A stretch of 64,000 bases of DNA, from NCBI GenBank assembly GCA_963701295.1, contig OY969585.1, positions 2,656,001-2,720,000 on the forward strand. The letters are read 5' to 3'. The position numbers and the translations under genes are program-made. Source of the DNA: Ignavibacteriota bacterium. GTDB taxonomy: Bacteria > Bacteroidota > Ignavibacteria > UBA10030. The notes under the pieces are model-generated. The model was not told where the DNA came from and searched no databases. It worked only from the letters and a program-made list of their open reading frames with translations. This document shows, piece after piece, positions 34,370 through 43,170 of this stretch. Within the stretch, counting starts at the first letter, position 1, and each line of letters begins with the position of its first letter.

Positions 34370-35278
34370 ATGGTCACTCAAGAGTTCCTTACCAAAATCC
34401 CAATCTTTAATAAGCTTTCTGTCGTTGATCTTGATATCCTGAGCAATCTTTGGCATCAACGGGCAGTGAAACAAGGAGATATCCTGTTTCGCAAAGGCGA
34501 TACCGGCTCTTCGATGTTCATTATCCAAGAAGGAACAATAGAAATCTCTATCCCCGTGGAACAAGATCATAAAGATATTCGCGTCTCTGTTTTAAGTCAG
34601 GGAGATTTTTTTGGTGAGCTTTCGCTCATCGATGGTTTGCCAAGAACGGCTACTGCAACAGCAACCCACACTTGCCAGCTTCTCGAAATGAATCGGGACG
34701 ATTTCATCCAATTCTTGATGAGCCGGCCGTCAGTAGCTATATCAATGATAAGCGAAATAGGCAAACGTCTGCAAGCAACCAATGATCTTGTAACATCCCT
34801 TGCCTCCAAGAACGTGAACGTAGAGATGGAAGAACGATTGAGTTTTGGAAATAGACTTGCCGACAAGGTTACGGATTTCGTTGGAAGCTGGACATTTCTC
34901 ATATACTTCTTAGCCGGCGTATTCATCTGGTGCGTTTTAAACTTTATTGAATTGATCTTTCCGATTTTTGATCCATATCCATTCATATTCCTTAATCTCG
35001 TTCTTGCTGTGGTTGCATCACTTCAAGCTCCCTTGATTATGATGAGCCAGAATCGCGCACAGATAAAGGACCGGCTGCGGGCAGAGTTGGATTATCAAAT
35101 TAACCTGAAATCCGAATTGATGTTGCAACAGTTGCATACGAAAATCGACGAGATGCGAGTATCCGAGCTCCAGATGATGCAGGAAACTCTAGAGAAGGAA
35201 TTAGCTCATATTCGTCGTCAGGGACAGGCGAAAGAAGTCTCTCCTCATGGCGATCCGTTTGTGGCGGGGAAGCATTGA
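34370..35278 (+). CDS. cNMP-binding domain fused to DUF1003 membrane domain
   Basis: FFGELSL...PRTATA cyclic-nucleotide motif; FDPYPFIFLNL..QAPLIMMSQNR DUF1003 motif. Confidence 0.88.
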   Translation: MVTQEFLTKIPIFNKLSVVDLDILSNLWHQRAVKQGDILFRKGDTGSSMFIIQEGTIEISIPVEQDHKDIRVSVLSQGDFFGELSLIDGLPRTATATATHTCQLLEMNRDDFIQFLMSRPSVAISMISEIGKRLQATNDLVTSLASKNVNVEMEERLSFGNRLADKVTDFVGSWTFLIYFLAGVFIWCVLNFIELIFPIFDPYPFIFLNLVLAVVASLQAPLIMMSQNRAQIKDRLRAELDYQINLKSELMLQQLHTKIDEMRVSELQMMQETLEKELAHIRRQGQAKEVSPHGDPFVAGKH

Positions 35279-35580
35279 TATTTATTAGCAAGAATGCTGG
35301 TGGAACTTAACGGTTTTGATATTCGTAATTGCTTTTGAGAATAGTCTTTACAGTCTTCAAACAGAGATTGCGAGAATTTTTGTTTTGATCGACCAAGAAC
35401 GTTCTGGTTACGCAATTTATAAAAACGAATGACCCACAAGATATACCCTCAATGTTTGAAGACGATCCGGAGATAACATCAGAGCGGTTCAGGGGTGTAC
35501 ATAAGATTGTATAGACATATTCCCTTTAATTTTATGATAGTGTATCACGAACTCTTGGTTTGGAGACAGAGACAGCTAAA

Positions 35581-36168
35581 ATGTTGATCACAATATTTCT
35601 CGTCGTTTTGATTATCAATATCATTCCAGCTTTCGCACCGCCAACATGGATGGTCTTAGCTTATTTCAAGGAACAGTATAACTTCAATGTTTTTCTTCTC
35701 GCCCTTGATGGAACCATAGCTGCAACCATAGGTCGCTTAATTCTCGCTAGACTTTCAACCCTTCTCATTCGGAAAAGGCTACTGAGTGCACGGACACGGT
35801 CCAATATTGACAACATTAAGAACCGTATCCTCGAGCACAAGCGGCTCACCATCGGCATTTTCGTCTCCTATTCTTTATCACCGCTACCAACAAATCAACT
35901 TTTTTTAGCTTACGGATTGACCGATTTACCATTAAAGTATATTGCGCTCCCATTCTTTTTGGGCCGGTTTTTGAGTTATCTATTTTGGGTTTCGATCATA
36001 TCCAGTGTCACACTAAAAGTGAAAGCCAACCAACTGATGCACGGTGCCTACATCGGTTCCTATTACATCATTGTCCAGATACTTACGCTTGTTGTCGTCT
36101 ACCTATTTACAAGAATAGATTGGCAGATGTTGTTCAAAGAAAAGAAAATGACTCTGATAAAAAAGTGA
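35581..36168 (+). CDS. Hypothetical membrane protein (DedA/VTT-like)
   Basis: NIIPAFAPPTW and SPLP motifs; several TM helices. Confidence 0.55.
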   Translation: MLITIFLVVLIINIIPAFAPPTWMVLAYFKEQYNFNVFLLALDGTIAATIGRLILARLSTLLIRKRLLSARTRSNIDNIKNRILEHKRLTIGIFVSYSLSPLPTNQLFLAYGLTDLPLKYIALPFFLGRFLSYLFWVSIISSVTLKVKANQLMHGAYIGSYYIIVQILTLVVVYLFTRIDWQMLFKEKKMTLIKK

Positions 36169-36254
36169 GCGTCGAAGGGAAAGGCTGTAAAAATGCCTGA
36201 CACCGTGGTGTTCTTGGATTATGCAATATATTCCGCAATTTATTGAATACGTAA

Positions 36255-36452
36255 TTATTTCTTCTCAGACTTGTCGTCAGGTTGCTTCACTTCTTTTTCG
36301 ACTTCTTCTCGTATATCGCGTGCTGCCTTTCGGAGCTCTCGAATACCCTGGCCTAACCCTTTCGCTATCTCTGGGATCTTTTTTGCACCAAAGAATATAA
36401 AAACGAGAATCAAAATAAGTAAAAGTTCTGGACCACCAATGTTCTCAAACAT
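36255..36452 (-). CDS. tatA: Twin-arginine translocase TatA/E subunit
   Basis: [28 protein letters not shown]; AGGAG RBS. Confidence 0.88.
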   Translation of the reverse strand: MFENIGGPELLLILILVFIFFGAKKIPEIAKGLGQGIRELRKAARDIREEVEKEVKQPDDKSEKK

Positions 36453-36573
36453 GACTTTTCTCCTTTCATATAATAATATTTTTTGTACAGACTACAGATG
36501 AAAATTTGAGATTTCAATAAACAATATCTCGTATATTTTCATGAGTCATCTTTAAAGGATATTATAATCCATA

Positions 36574-37698
36574 TTACTTTGCTGGAACATACGTGCTCAC
36601 ACCCAATGGAAGAATCTTCATCGTTACACCTACTATGAGTATTTTCGGATCAGCAACTGTTACAAAAATTCCGGGTGAGAAGTAAGATGATGAGATTACG
36701 CCAGGATATATATTCAACCGAAATCGGCAATTCCTCGATGATGAATATACCATAGATGCAAGAAGAGAGTTATTTCGATCATAGTATATTCCTGCCATCG
36801 GCCCTGATTCTACTGTATTTGAGGGAACGCCATTCTGTACTGGTAAACTTTTTACACCAGTTGACGCCATACCAGCACCAAAAGAGATAGCGTCTTCGAT
36901 ATTTCTTTTAAATGAAAGTCCCAAAATCGCAAAGTTACCAAAATGAAAGAATACGCTTGTTGATTTCGACTTTGTCAATGCATATTTCATAACAAAATTC
37001 TGACCTGCATTACGGAACGCTAGCGGGGCGAACGAAATCGCAACAGGCTGAGACCAATCGTTCAGATTTAGCTCGGAAGAAAAGAATTCTGATACTTCAT
37101 CTGAACTGAACAACAAAATGCCTATGGGTTGAAAAATAAGAAAGTCCGGGATGCAATCTTCATTTTGATAGATAGAGTTGCCATTTTCTATCATTTCATT
37201 GAAATATTCGTAAGCCATTGCTGTAACAACTCCAAAGAAAAAAGGAGTCGGATAATTATTATAATCGAACCATTCAGTAAGTTTTCGCGATTCCATTCCA
37301 CCACCGATGCCATGAAGCATATAGTTAGGAACCCATTGGGTTTTGTTGATATTAAGACTTGTAGGAAAAATTTCCTGACTCAAAAAACGATTCCATCCAA
37401 AATCACTAATGACAAGAAGAGGAGATGTTATGCTGCGCCATACACTTGTTGCTCCGTTTTTCCATGGAATAGCAACAAATGTGCTTGGTCTATCAAGTTG
37501 TTGGTAGGTATCGCAACCACCATTAGCAAAGACCGAGATGGGATTATATAGTGCATCTGAGCCGTAGTCGTATGGACGGAAGAAATAATAATTCTTTTCT
37601 TGTCCATACAGCTTCGATGGAGAAAATAGACAGCAAAAAATAATAATGAAGCATGTTGCTGTTACGAAAGACGCCTGTTTATCATTCTTCTTTATCAT
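36574..37698 (-). CDS. Exported hypothetical protein (weakly DUF3943-like)
   Basis: Signal peptide; NY..H..GG, E..NE..EN and D.LIF motifs; beta-rich C-terminal half. Confidence 0.45.
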   Translation of the reverse strand: MIKKNDKQASFVTATCFIIIFCCLFSPSKLYGQEKNYYFFRPYDYGSDALYNPISVFANGGCDTYQQLDRPSTFVAIPWKNGATSVWRSITSPLLVISDFGWNRFLSQEIFPTSLNINKTQWVPNYMLHGIGGGMESRKLTEWFDYNNYPTPFFFGVVTAMAYEYFNEMIENGNSIYQNEDCIPDFLIFQPIGILLFSSDEVSEFFSSELNLNDWSQPVAISFAPLAFRNAGQNFVMKYALTKSKSTSVFFHFGNFAILGLSFKRNIEDAISFGAGMASTGVKSLPVQNGVPSNTVESGPMAGIYYDRNNSLLASMVYSSSRNCRFRLNIYPGVISSSYFSPGIFVTVADPKILIVGVTMKILPLGVSTYVPAK

Positions 37699-37904
37699 AC
37701 TACTAGTACCGCGTATCTTTCCAGTCAATAATAATCCCATAGGTCTCTTCTGATTGACGTAAATGAACGAACTTTACTCCATATACAAGAGTAATTACCT
37801 TTTTTCATAATTAAGAAACACTTAAAATAATTGGATATATCTGCAAACCTTCATGAAGGTCGAACAGATATCCAAATATTAAATGAGATACGAAAGAGAA
37901 ACGG

Positions 37905-38291
37905 CTAGATCTGAAGTTTACAGATTAAATCGGAGTCGAAGAATGAGCGAAACTGATTAATTGGTCGTGCATTGGAATTCTGAATCAATAGACCGACGAT
38001 ATCCTGAGTAAGAATCGAATGCGCTGCCAATGACGGGCTATCTTGATCTATACACTGAAAAATTTCCATCAACCGTACTGAAGAAATCGGGCCGAAGGCT
38101 TCTTTGTCGCTATGCAAGAAGTGTGAAACTATGGCAGAAGTTGTTTTATAAGATTGATTTTCTGTCGACTGTCCTTCGTACTCCTCATGTATCATTCCTT
38201 TGGAAAAAATAATATCATCTACATTGATGACGTCGAGGAACAATGACAGTGTTATTGCTATAACGAATATATTATACAATGGATTGTGCAA
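37905..38291 (-). CDS. Hypothetical protein
   Basis: 128-aa ORF with a hydrophobic N-terminus; no recognisable family. Confidence 0.4.
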   Translation of the reverse strand: MHNPLYNIFVIAITLSLFLDVINVDDIIFSKGMIHEEYEGQSTENQSYKTTSAIVSHFLHSDKEAFGPISSVRLMEIFQCIDQDSPSLAAHSILTQDIVGLLIQNSNARPINQFRSFFDSDLICKLQI

Positions 38292-38384
38292 GTTATGTTA
38301 AACCGACATCAATATTGTCAGAAATTACCTACAAGGTAATGATCAAAAAAATAACTTACAAGTAGGTGATTTAACGTGGTAATA

Positions 38385-38831
38385 TTAGAAAATGTTCCCT
38401 TTGAAAAGCTTCAAGTCTTTTTTGAGCTTATTCTTAAGTTTATATTCATCTCGTTCCCACCTACCTAACGTTGTTAGATCAACTTCCGATATTCGAGCTA
38501 GTTCTTTTTGTGTCATTCCTTTCATTAGACGGTACGCTCTTAACTTTTGACCCAAGCTTTGAGCTGCAGATAAATTGGGTTCATAACCAAGAAACTCAAT
38601 GACTTTAGGTATTGCCCACAACATCGGTTCAAAGCGATTCTTTTCCCAGTTGGTAATAGTGGATTCAGTGACTCCAAGAATCTTTGCCACCTGTGATTGG
38701 AATAACCCAAGTTCAATCCGTCGCTTTTTAATATGTTCACTCCACGTTTGTGGATTTTGCGGAATTTTTGTAGGCTTCGGACAATAAAGCACAATTGGTA
38801 AAATAGCGACACAACCTTGCCCCTGCGGCAA
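38385..38831 (-). CDS. XRE-family regulator with two HTH domains, mobile-element type
   Basis: HIKKRRIELGLFQSQVAKILGV..TITNWEKN and LRAYRLMKGMTQKELARISEVD.TTLGRWE. Its TTG start lies inside the comM-derived fragment. Confidence 0.8.
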   Translation of the reverse strand: MPQGQGCVAILPIVLYCPKPTKIPQNPQTWSEHIKKRRIELGLFQSQVAKILGVTESTITNWEKNRFEPMLWAIPKVIEFLGYEPNLSAAQSLGQKLRAYRLMKGMTQKELARISEVDLTTLGRWERDEYKLKNKLKKDLKLFKGNIF

Positions 38832-38884
38832 TTATGAAAGTTCGACACAGGAGTACACCTGTACACCGATTCAAATTCAAAAAT
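38815..38884 (+). repeat. Diverged 70-bp direct-repeat copy of comM 33551-33620 (probable att scar)
   Basis: Manual alignment gives 61/70 identity. Encodes [23 protein letters not shown] versus [23 protein letters not shown]. Confidence 0.9.
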
Positions 38885-40742
38885 GGAAAAACGACAAGTA
38901 CTCCTCTTATTGATTATATTCTTAATAATGTTTAAGTACGTCTGCATTTCTCAATCTAGTAATACTTCCATAGCAAAAAACGGATTTCAATCATCGCTTT
39001 TCAAACCTCAAAGCATTACTAAAGTTGGAGAAAATCATTATTTTTTCGATTTCGGAAAAGATGCTTTTGGAACTTTAGTTCTGAATCTTCAATCTTCCCA
39101 AACAGATACGCTCATAATTCATTTGGGAGAAAAAACTATTGATGCTCATACAATAGATAGAAACCCTGGAGGTACTATTCGATATCAAAAAGTAGTATTG
39201 TCTGATCTTCCTTTGAACAAGGAATATGCTATTAAAATTCAACCCGATAAACGGAATACGACACTGCCGGCTATCGCGTTACCTGATTTATTCGGTGTAA
39301 TTATGCCATTTCGCTATTGCGAATTAGAAAATTTAAAGATACCCGTAGACGATATAACTTTAAATCAAAGGGTTTATAATTATCGGTTTGACGATACTTC
39401 CAGTGATTTTATATGTTCTGATACAGTGCTCAATAAGATTTGGGATTTATGCAAGTATACTATAAAAGCAACTAGTTTTTGCGGGGTATATATTGATGGA
39501 GATCGTGAAAGAACTCTTTATGAAGCAGATGCTTTTATTAATCAATTAAATCATTATTGTGTTGATCATGAGTATTCCATGGCACGAAAAACCAATGAGT
39601 ACTTTATACATAATCCAACATGGCCAACTGAATGGATTTTACATACTGTATTATTATTTTATTACGACTTTTTATATACCGGGAATATAGAATCTATTTC
39701 AAAAAATTATGAAGCATTAAAAATTAAAACCTTGATTGATATAGAACGAGAAGATGGATTGATAAGTTCTCAATCAGAAAAAGTAACCGATGCATTGATG
39801 AAAAACTTGGGCTTTCAAAACGCTACACAAAGAATACACGACATTGTTGATTGGCCTCCCTCGCAAAGCGAGACTTCCTGGAAACTTGCTACTATGGAAG
39901 GGGAACGTGATGGATATGAAATGGTTGGAATCAATACTGTTGTTAATTCGTTTCACTATATCAATTTAAAATTCATGGCTGAAATAGCCGGTTTTTTTGG
40001 AAAGAAAGAAGACTCGATTAATTTTTACAAAAAATCTATAGCAGTAAAAGGCGCTATAAATCAAAAATTGATAGATAAAAAAATGGGTATTTATGTCGAT
40101 GGGGAAAATTCAAAACATTCGTCTTTGCATGCGAATATGTTTCCTTTGGCATTCGGTATTGTACCAAACGAATATCTAAAAACCGTAGCTTCATTTTTAA
40201 AAGCGAGGGGAATGGTATGCAGTGTTTATGGCGCTCAATATTTATTGGAAGGATTGTATAACCAAAACGAAGAAGATTATGCCTTTCATGTAATGACATC
40301 GACAAGCGATCGTAGTTGGTGGAATATGATAATGGTGGGATCGACCTTAACGCTTGAAGCGTGGGACATGAAATACAAACCAAATTCAGGTTGGAACCAT
40401 GCATGGGGAACAGCACCGGCAAATATTATTACACGATGCATGTGGGGCATTATTCCTACACAGCCAGGATTTACGAGAGTGCAAATAAAGCCCCAACGTA
40501 GCAATCTCACATACAGTAAAATTAAAGTGCCAACGATGAGAGGAACAATCATAGCTGAATATAGGGTACTTCATAATAAACATAAATTGTTTATCATTGA
40601 ATTACCTCAAGATATGAAGGGATCTTTTGTTTTAATGCACGATGATAATTCCGGAATATTTGTAAACAAAAAAGCGGTTCAAGCAAATGGAGATAGTGTG
40701 CCGATAAATTCAGGTTCAAACCAGATTGAAATAAAACAATAA
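38883..40742 (+). CDS. Alpha-L-rhamnosidase (GH78)-like glycoside hydrolase
   Basis: Signal peptide; FDFGK, FRY.E, DGDRER..YEAD, WPTEW, DWP, T.EAW and NHAWG motifs. Visibly AT-rich. Confidence 0.85.
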   Translation: MEKRQVLLLLIIFLIMFKYVCISQSSNTSIAKNGFQSSLFKPQSITKVGENHYFFDFGKDAFGTLVLNLQSSQTDTLIIHLGEKTIDAHTIDRNPGGTIRYQKVVLSDLPLNKEYAIKIQPDKRNTTLPAIALPDLFGVIMPFRYCELENLKIPVDDITLNQRVYNYRFDDTSSDFICSDTVLNKIWDLCKYTIKATSFCGVYIDGDRERTLYEADAFINQLNHYCVDHEYSMARKTNEYFIHNPTWPTEWILHTVLLFYYDFLYTGNIESISKNYEALKIKTLIDIEREDGLISSQSEKVTDALMKNLGFQNATQRIHDIVDWPPSQSETSWKLATMEGERDGYEMVGINTVVNSFHYINLKFMAEIAGFFGKKEDSINFYKKSIAVKGAINQKLIDKKMGIYVDGENSKHSSLHANMFPLAFGIVPNEYLKTVASFLKARGMVCSVYGAQYLLEGLYNQNEEDYAFHVMTSTSDRSWWNMIMVGSTLTLEAWDMKYKPNSGWNHAWGTAPANIITRCMWGIIPTQPGFTRVQIKPQRSNLTYSKIKVPTMRGTIIAEYRVLHNKHKLFIIELPQDMKGSFVLMHDDNSGIFVNKKAVQANGDSVPINSGSNQIEIKQ

Positions 40743-40746
40743 ACTT

Positions 40747-40880
40747 GCTATAACATCAGCTCATACGTAAGGCGGGTTTCAGAGGGTATAGTAGTTCTGT
40801 TCCCATAAGCAAGTATTGTTACGGCGGATACAAACGCAACTTCGCAAACCTGCATGGCGTAAAACTGCAAATGTTATGTG
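40747..40880 (+). repeat. attC-like imperfect palindrome (gene-cassette recombination site)
   Basis: Starts 5 nt after the GH78 stop. ATAACA...TGTTAT outer pair, TACG/CGTA and GCGGGTTT/AAACCTGC inner pairs, GTT core at 40873. Confidence 0.6.
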
Positions 40881-40917
40881 CCGGTGGCAACCAATTCCAG
40901 AAACGAAGGAGATCTTC

Positions 40918-42477
40918 ATGCTTAAAAGATTTTGGGTGACTAGTATTCTCTTCAAGGACTTGAGAATTCCTTTTTTTTTGGCTCTTTTTCAACTCGCAAT
41001 CCAAATGGTATTCCACGGAAACTACGGGTATTTTCGAGATGAGCTCTATTACATTGCTTGCAGCAATCATCTTGCATTTGGTTACGTTGATCAACCTCCG
41101 CTATCAATCGCCATTCTCTGGGTTAATCGCCTGCTCCTCGGCGATTCCCTTCAAGCTTTGCGATTTCTTCCGTCACTAGCCGGTGCAAGCGTCGTTCTTC
41201 TGGCGGCACTTATGGCACGCAAGCTCGGAGGTGGAAGACTCGCCCAGGGCCTGGCAGCACTTTCGATTGTCGCTGCACCCGGGCTGTTTGGGCACGCTCA
41301 ACTTTTTTCCTTGAACTCATTTGATGTCCTTTTCTGGGCCATTGCCGGGTACATTGTGGTTTGTCTTCTCACCGATGATAAGCCAAAGTTATGGATTCTC
41401 CTCGGTCTCGTTGTAGGGTTTGGCTTGTTGAACAAGTATTCTATGGGATTTATGGTTATCGGACTGATTGCCGGCTTATTGCTCACCCGACAAAGAACAC
41501 AACTTGTTTCCAAATGGTTCTGGTGGGGGGGAGCGATAGCCGCAATTGTGTTTGTCCCCCACGTCCTCTGGGAAATTGCGCATGATTTCCCCTCCCTTGA
41601 GTTCATGCGCAATGCGAGCATGTATAAGAACGTGCACCTTGGCGCCATCAGTTTTTTCGCGGGACAAGTCCGGGATATGAATTTCTTTAATCTAGCACTG
41701 TGGCTTGGGGGGATCTACTTCTTCTACAGGTACCATCAGGGACGCTATCGTGCACTGGCGTGGATATATCCTGTTGTGTTTTTTGTGATGGTACTCGGGA
41801 ACGGGAAAGTCTATTATTTGTCCGCCATTTATCCGCTCTTCCTTGCCGGGGGTGCGGTTCTATTCGAACTATTTGTTCGTGAGAAATCCCTCAATTGGCT
41901 GAAGCCCGTTTACTTAAGTTGTCTGATCCTGTCTGCTGTTATTTCCCTCCCCTTTGCACTGCCGTTTCTGCCAGTCGTGCAATTCATTAAATACCAACAC
42001 CTGCTTGGAGTCATGCCCCGGGCGGACGAAAAAACCGGTATCGCAGAACTCCCACAGTATTTGGCCGATCAGTTTGGCTGGAAGGAGATGGTTGACACGG
42101 TGGCAAGCGTCTACAAAACGCTGACACCGGACGAACAGGCGCAGTGCGTCATCTTTGTTCGCAACTACGGTGAAGCTGGTGCTATAGATTTCTTTGGGAA
42201 ACGGTATGGGCTTCCCAATGCTCTTTGCGCTCACAATAACTACTGGTTGTGGGGACCCGGACAGCGAACGGGTAATATCGCAATCATCTTTGGAAACAGC
42301 AGAAATCTCGAGGACAATTTTTCTGATCTACGCCGCCGTTATAAACACGTTGAGCTTGCCGCCACAACGAACGCCAAATATTGCATGCCGTATGAAAGCG
42401 ATCGTATGATTTTTATTTGTAAAGAAATGAATACGACATTTCAGAAACTCTGGCAGACAGAGCGATTCTATATTTGA
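40918..42477 (+). CDS. Glycosyltransferase family 39 (ArnT/PMT-like, GT-C)
   Basis: YFRDELYY, GYVDQPPL, LLNKY, NYGEAGA; AAGGAG RBS before ATG 40918. Confidence 0.88.
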   Translation: MLKRFWVTSILFKDLRIPFFLALFQLAIQMVFHGNYGYFRDELYYIACSNHLAFGYVDQPPLSIAILWVNRLLLGDSLQALRFLPSLAGASVVLLAALMARKLGGGRLAQGLAALSIVAAPGLFGHAQLFSLNSFDVLFWAIAGYIVVCLLTDDKPKLWILLGLVVGFGLLNKYSMGFMVIGLIAGLLLTRQRTQLVSKWFWWGGAIAAIVFVPHVLWEIAHDFPSLEFMRNASMYKNVHLGAISFFAGQVRDMNFFNLALWLGGIYFFYRYHQGRYRALAWIYPVVFFVMVLGNGKVYYLSAIYPLFLAGGAVLFELFVREKSLNWLKPVYLSCLILSAVISLPFALPFLPVVQFIKYQHLLGVMPRADEKTGIAELPQYLADQFGWKEMVDTVASVYKTLTPDEQAQCVIFVRNYGEAGAIDFFGKRYGLPNALCAHNNYWLWGPGQRTGNIAIIFGNSRNLEDNFSDLRRRYKHVELAATTNAKYCMPYESDRMIFICKEMNTTFQKLWQTERFYI

Positions 42478-42534
42478 ATTGACGAGCAATTACTATCCAT
42501 AGAAAGGTGTCTCTATATCGTGGGCTGCACGCCA

Positions 42535-42643
42535 GCGTATAACATCTGTAAAAATGAATCGTAAATTAGCTATATTAAAAAAGATATGAACTTTTGCGTG
42601 TATCTATGTATAGGCCTCCGGTTGGTTTTGTGAAACGTTAGGT
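42535..42643 (+). repeat. Degenerate attC-like site
   Basis: GTATAAC...GTTAGGT ends between GT39 and the next gene; inner symmetry weak. Confidence 0.35.
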
Positions 42644-42668
42644 ATCGTTGTTCTCAAAAGAAGAAATT

Positions 42669-43034
42669 ATGGCGAATCCTATTTTGAATGATAAAAATAT
42701 ATCCTGATGATGAAGTATTAACTCAATATCTTGGAAGAGTAAGAAAAACGTGAGATTTATTTATGGATTTAAAGAGTCGGTTATGTAAAGTAACTAAGAA
42801 GGAAAAAACAATTTGTTGGGTATCCATATGGGAAAAATATTTAAAGTCACTTTCTATTTTTAATAATAAAGCTGAAGAAGTAAAAAAATAGTTTTTTTAG
42901 ATGAAACAATTAAAGAACGCTGGTTGCATAATGAAAAAAATGCAAAACTTAGGCCAATAACCATAGAGATTAAGAAGAAAACTGATTTGAAAATATTGGA
43001 AGAATTAATAGAGATAAAAGGAAAGATCAAATAA
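42669..43034 (+). pseudogene. DUF3788-family pseudogene
   Basis: MANPILNDKNI/PDDEVL, KKEKTICWVSIW, KVTFYF and LEELIEIK pieces, broken by frameshifts (near 42700 and 42841) and an in-frame TGA near 42751. Confidence 0.7.
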
Positions 43035-43170
43035 GGAAATAATAAATATATAGGAATCTTACACAATGTATAGGAAATCATGGGAAAGAACAAATCAGAC
43101 GGGTGACAAAGAAGAAGAACGTAAAAAAACAACTTTATTTTTTCACTCAAAACAATTTACAGGAGGATAT

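Noticed and set aside
38540-38947. 135-aa minus-strand ORF, with a similar 66-aa ORF at 33528-33728 (VSNFHNC)
   Set aside because: Both are antisense shadows of the comM segment and its copy. They confirm the duplication but are not credible genes.
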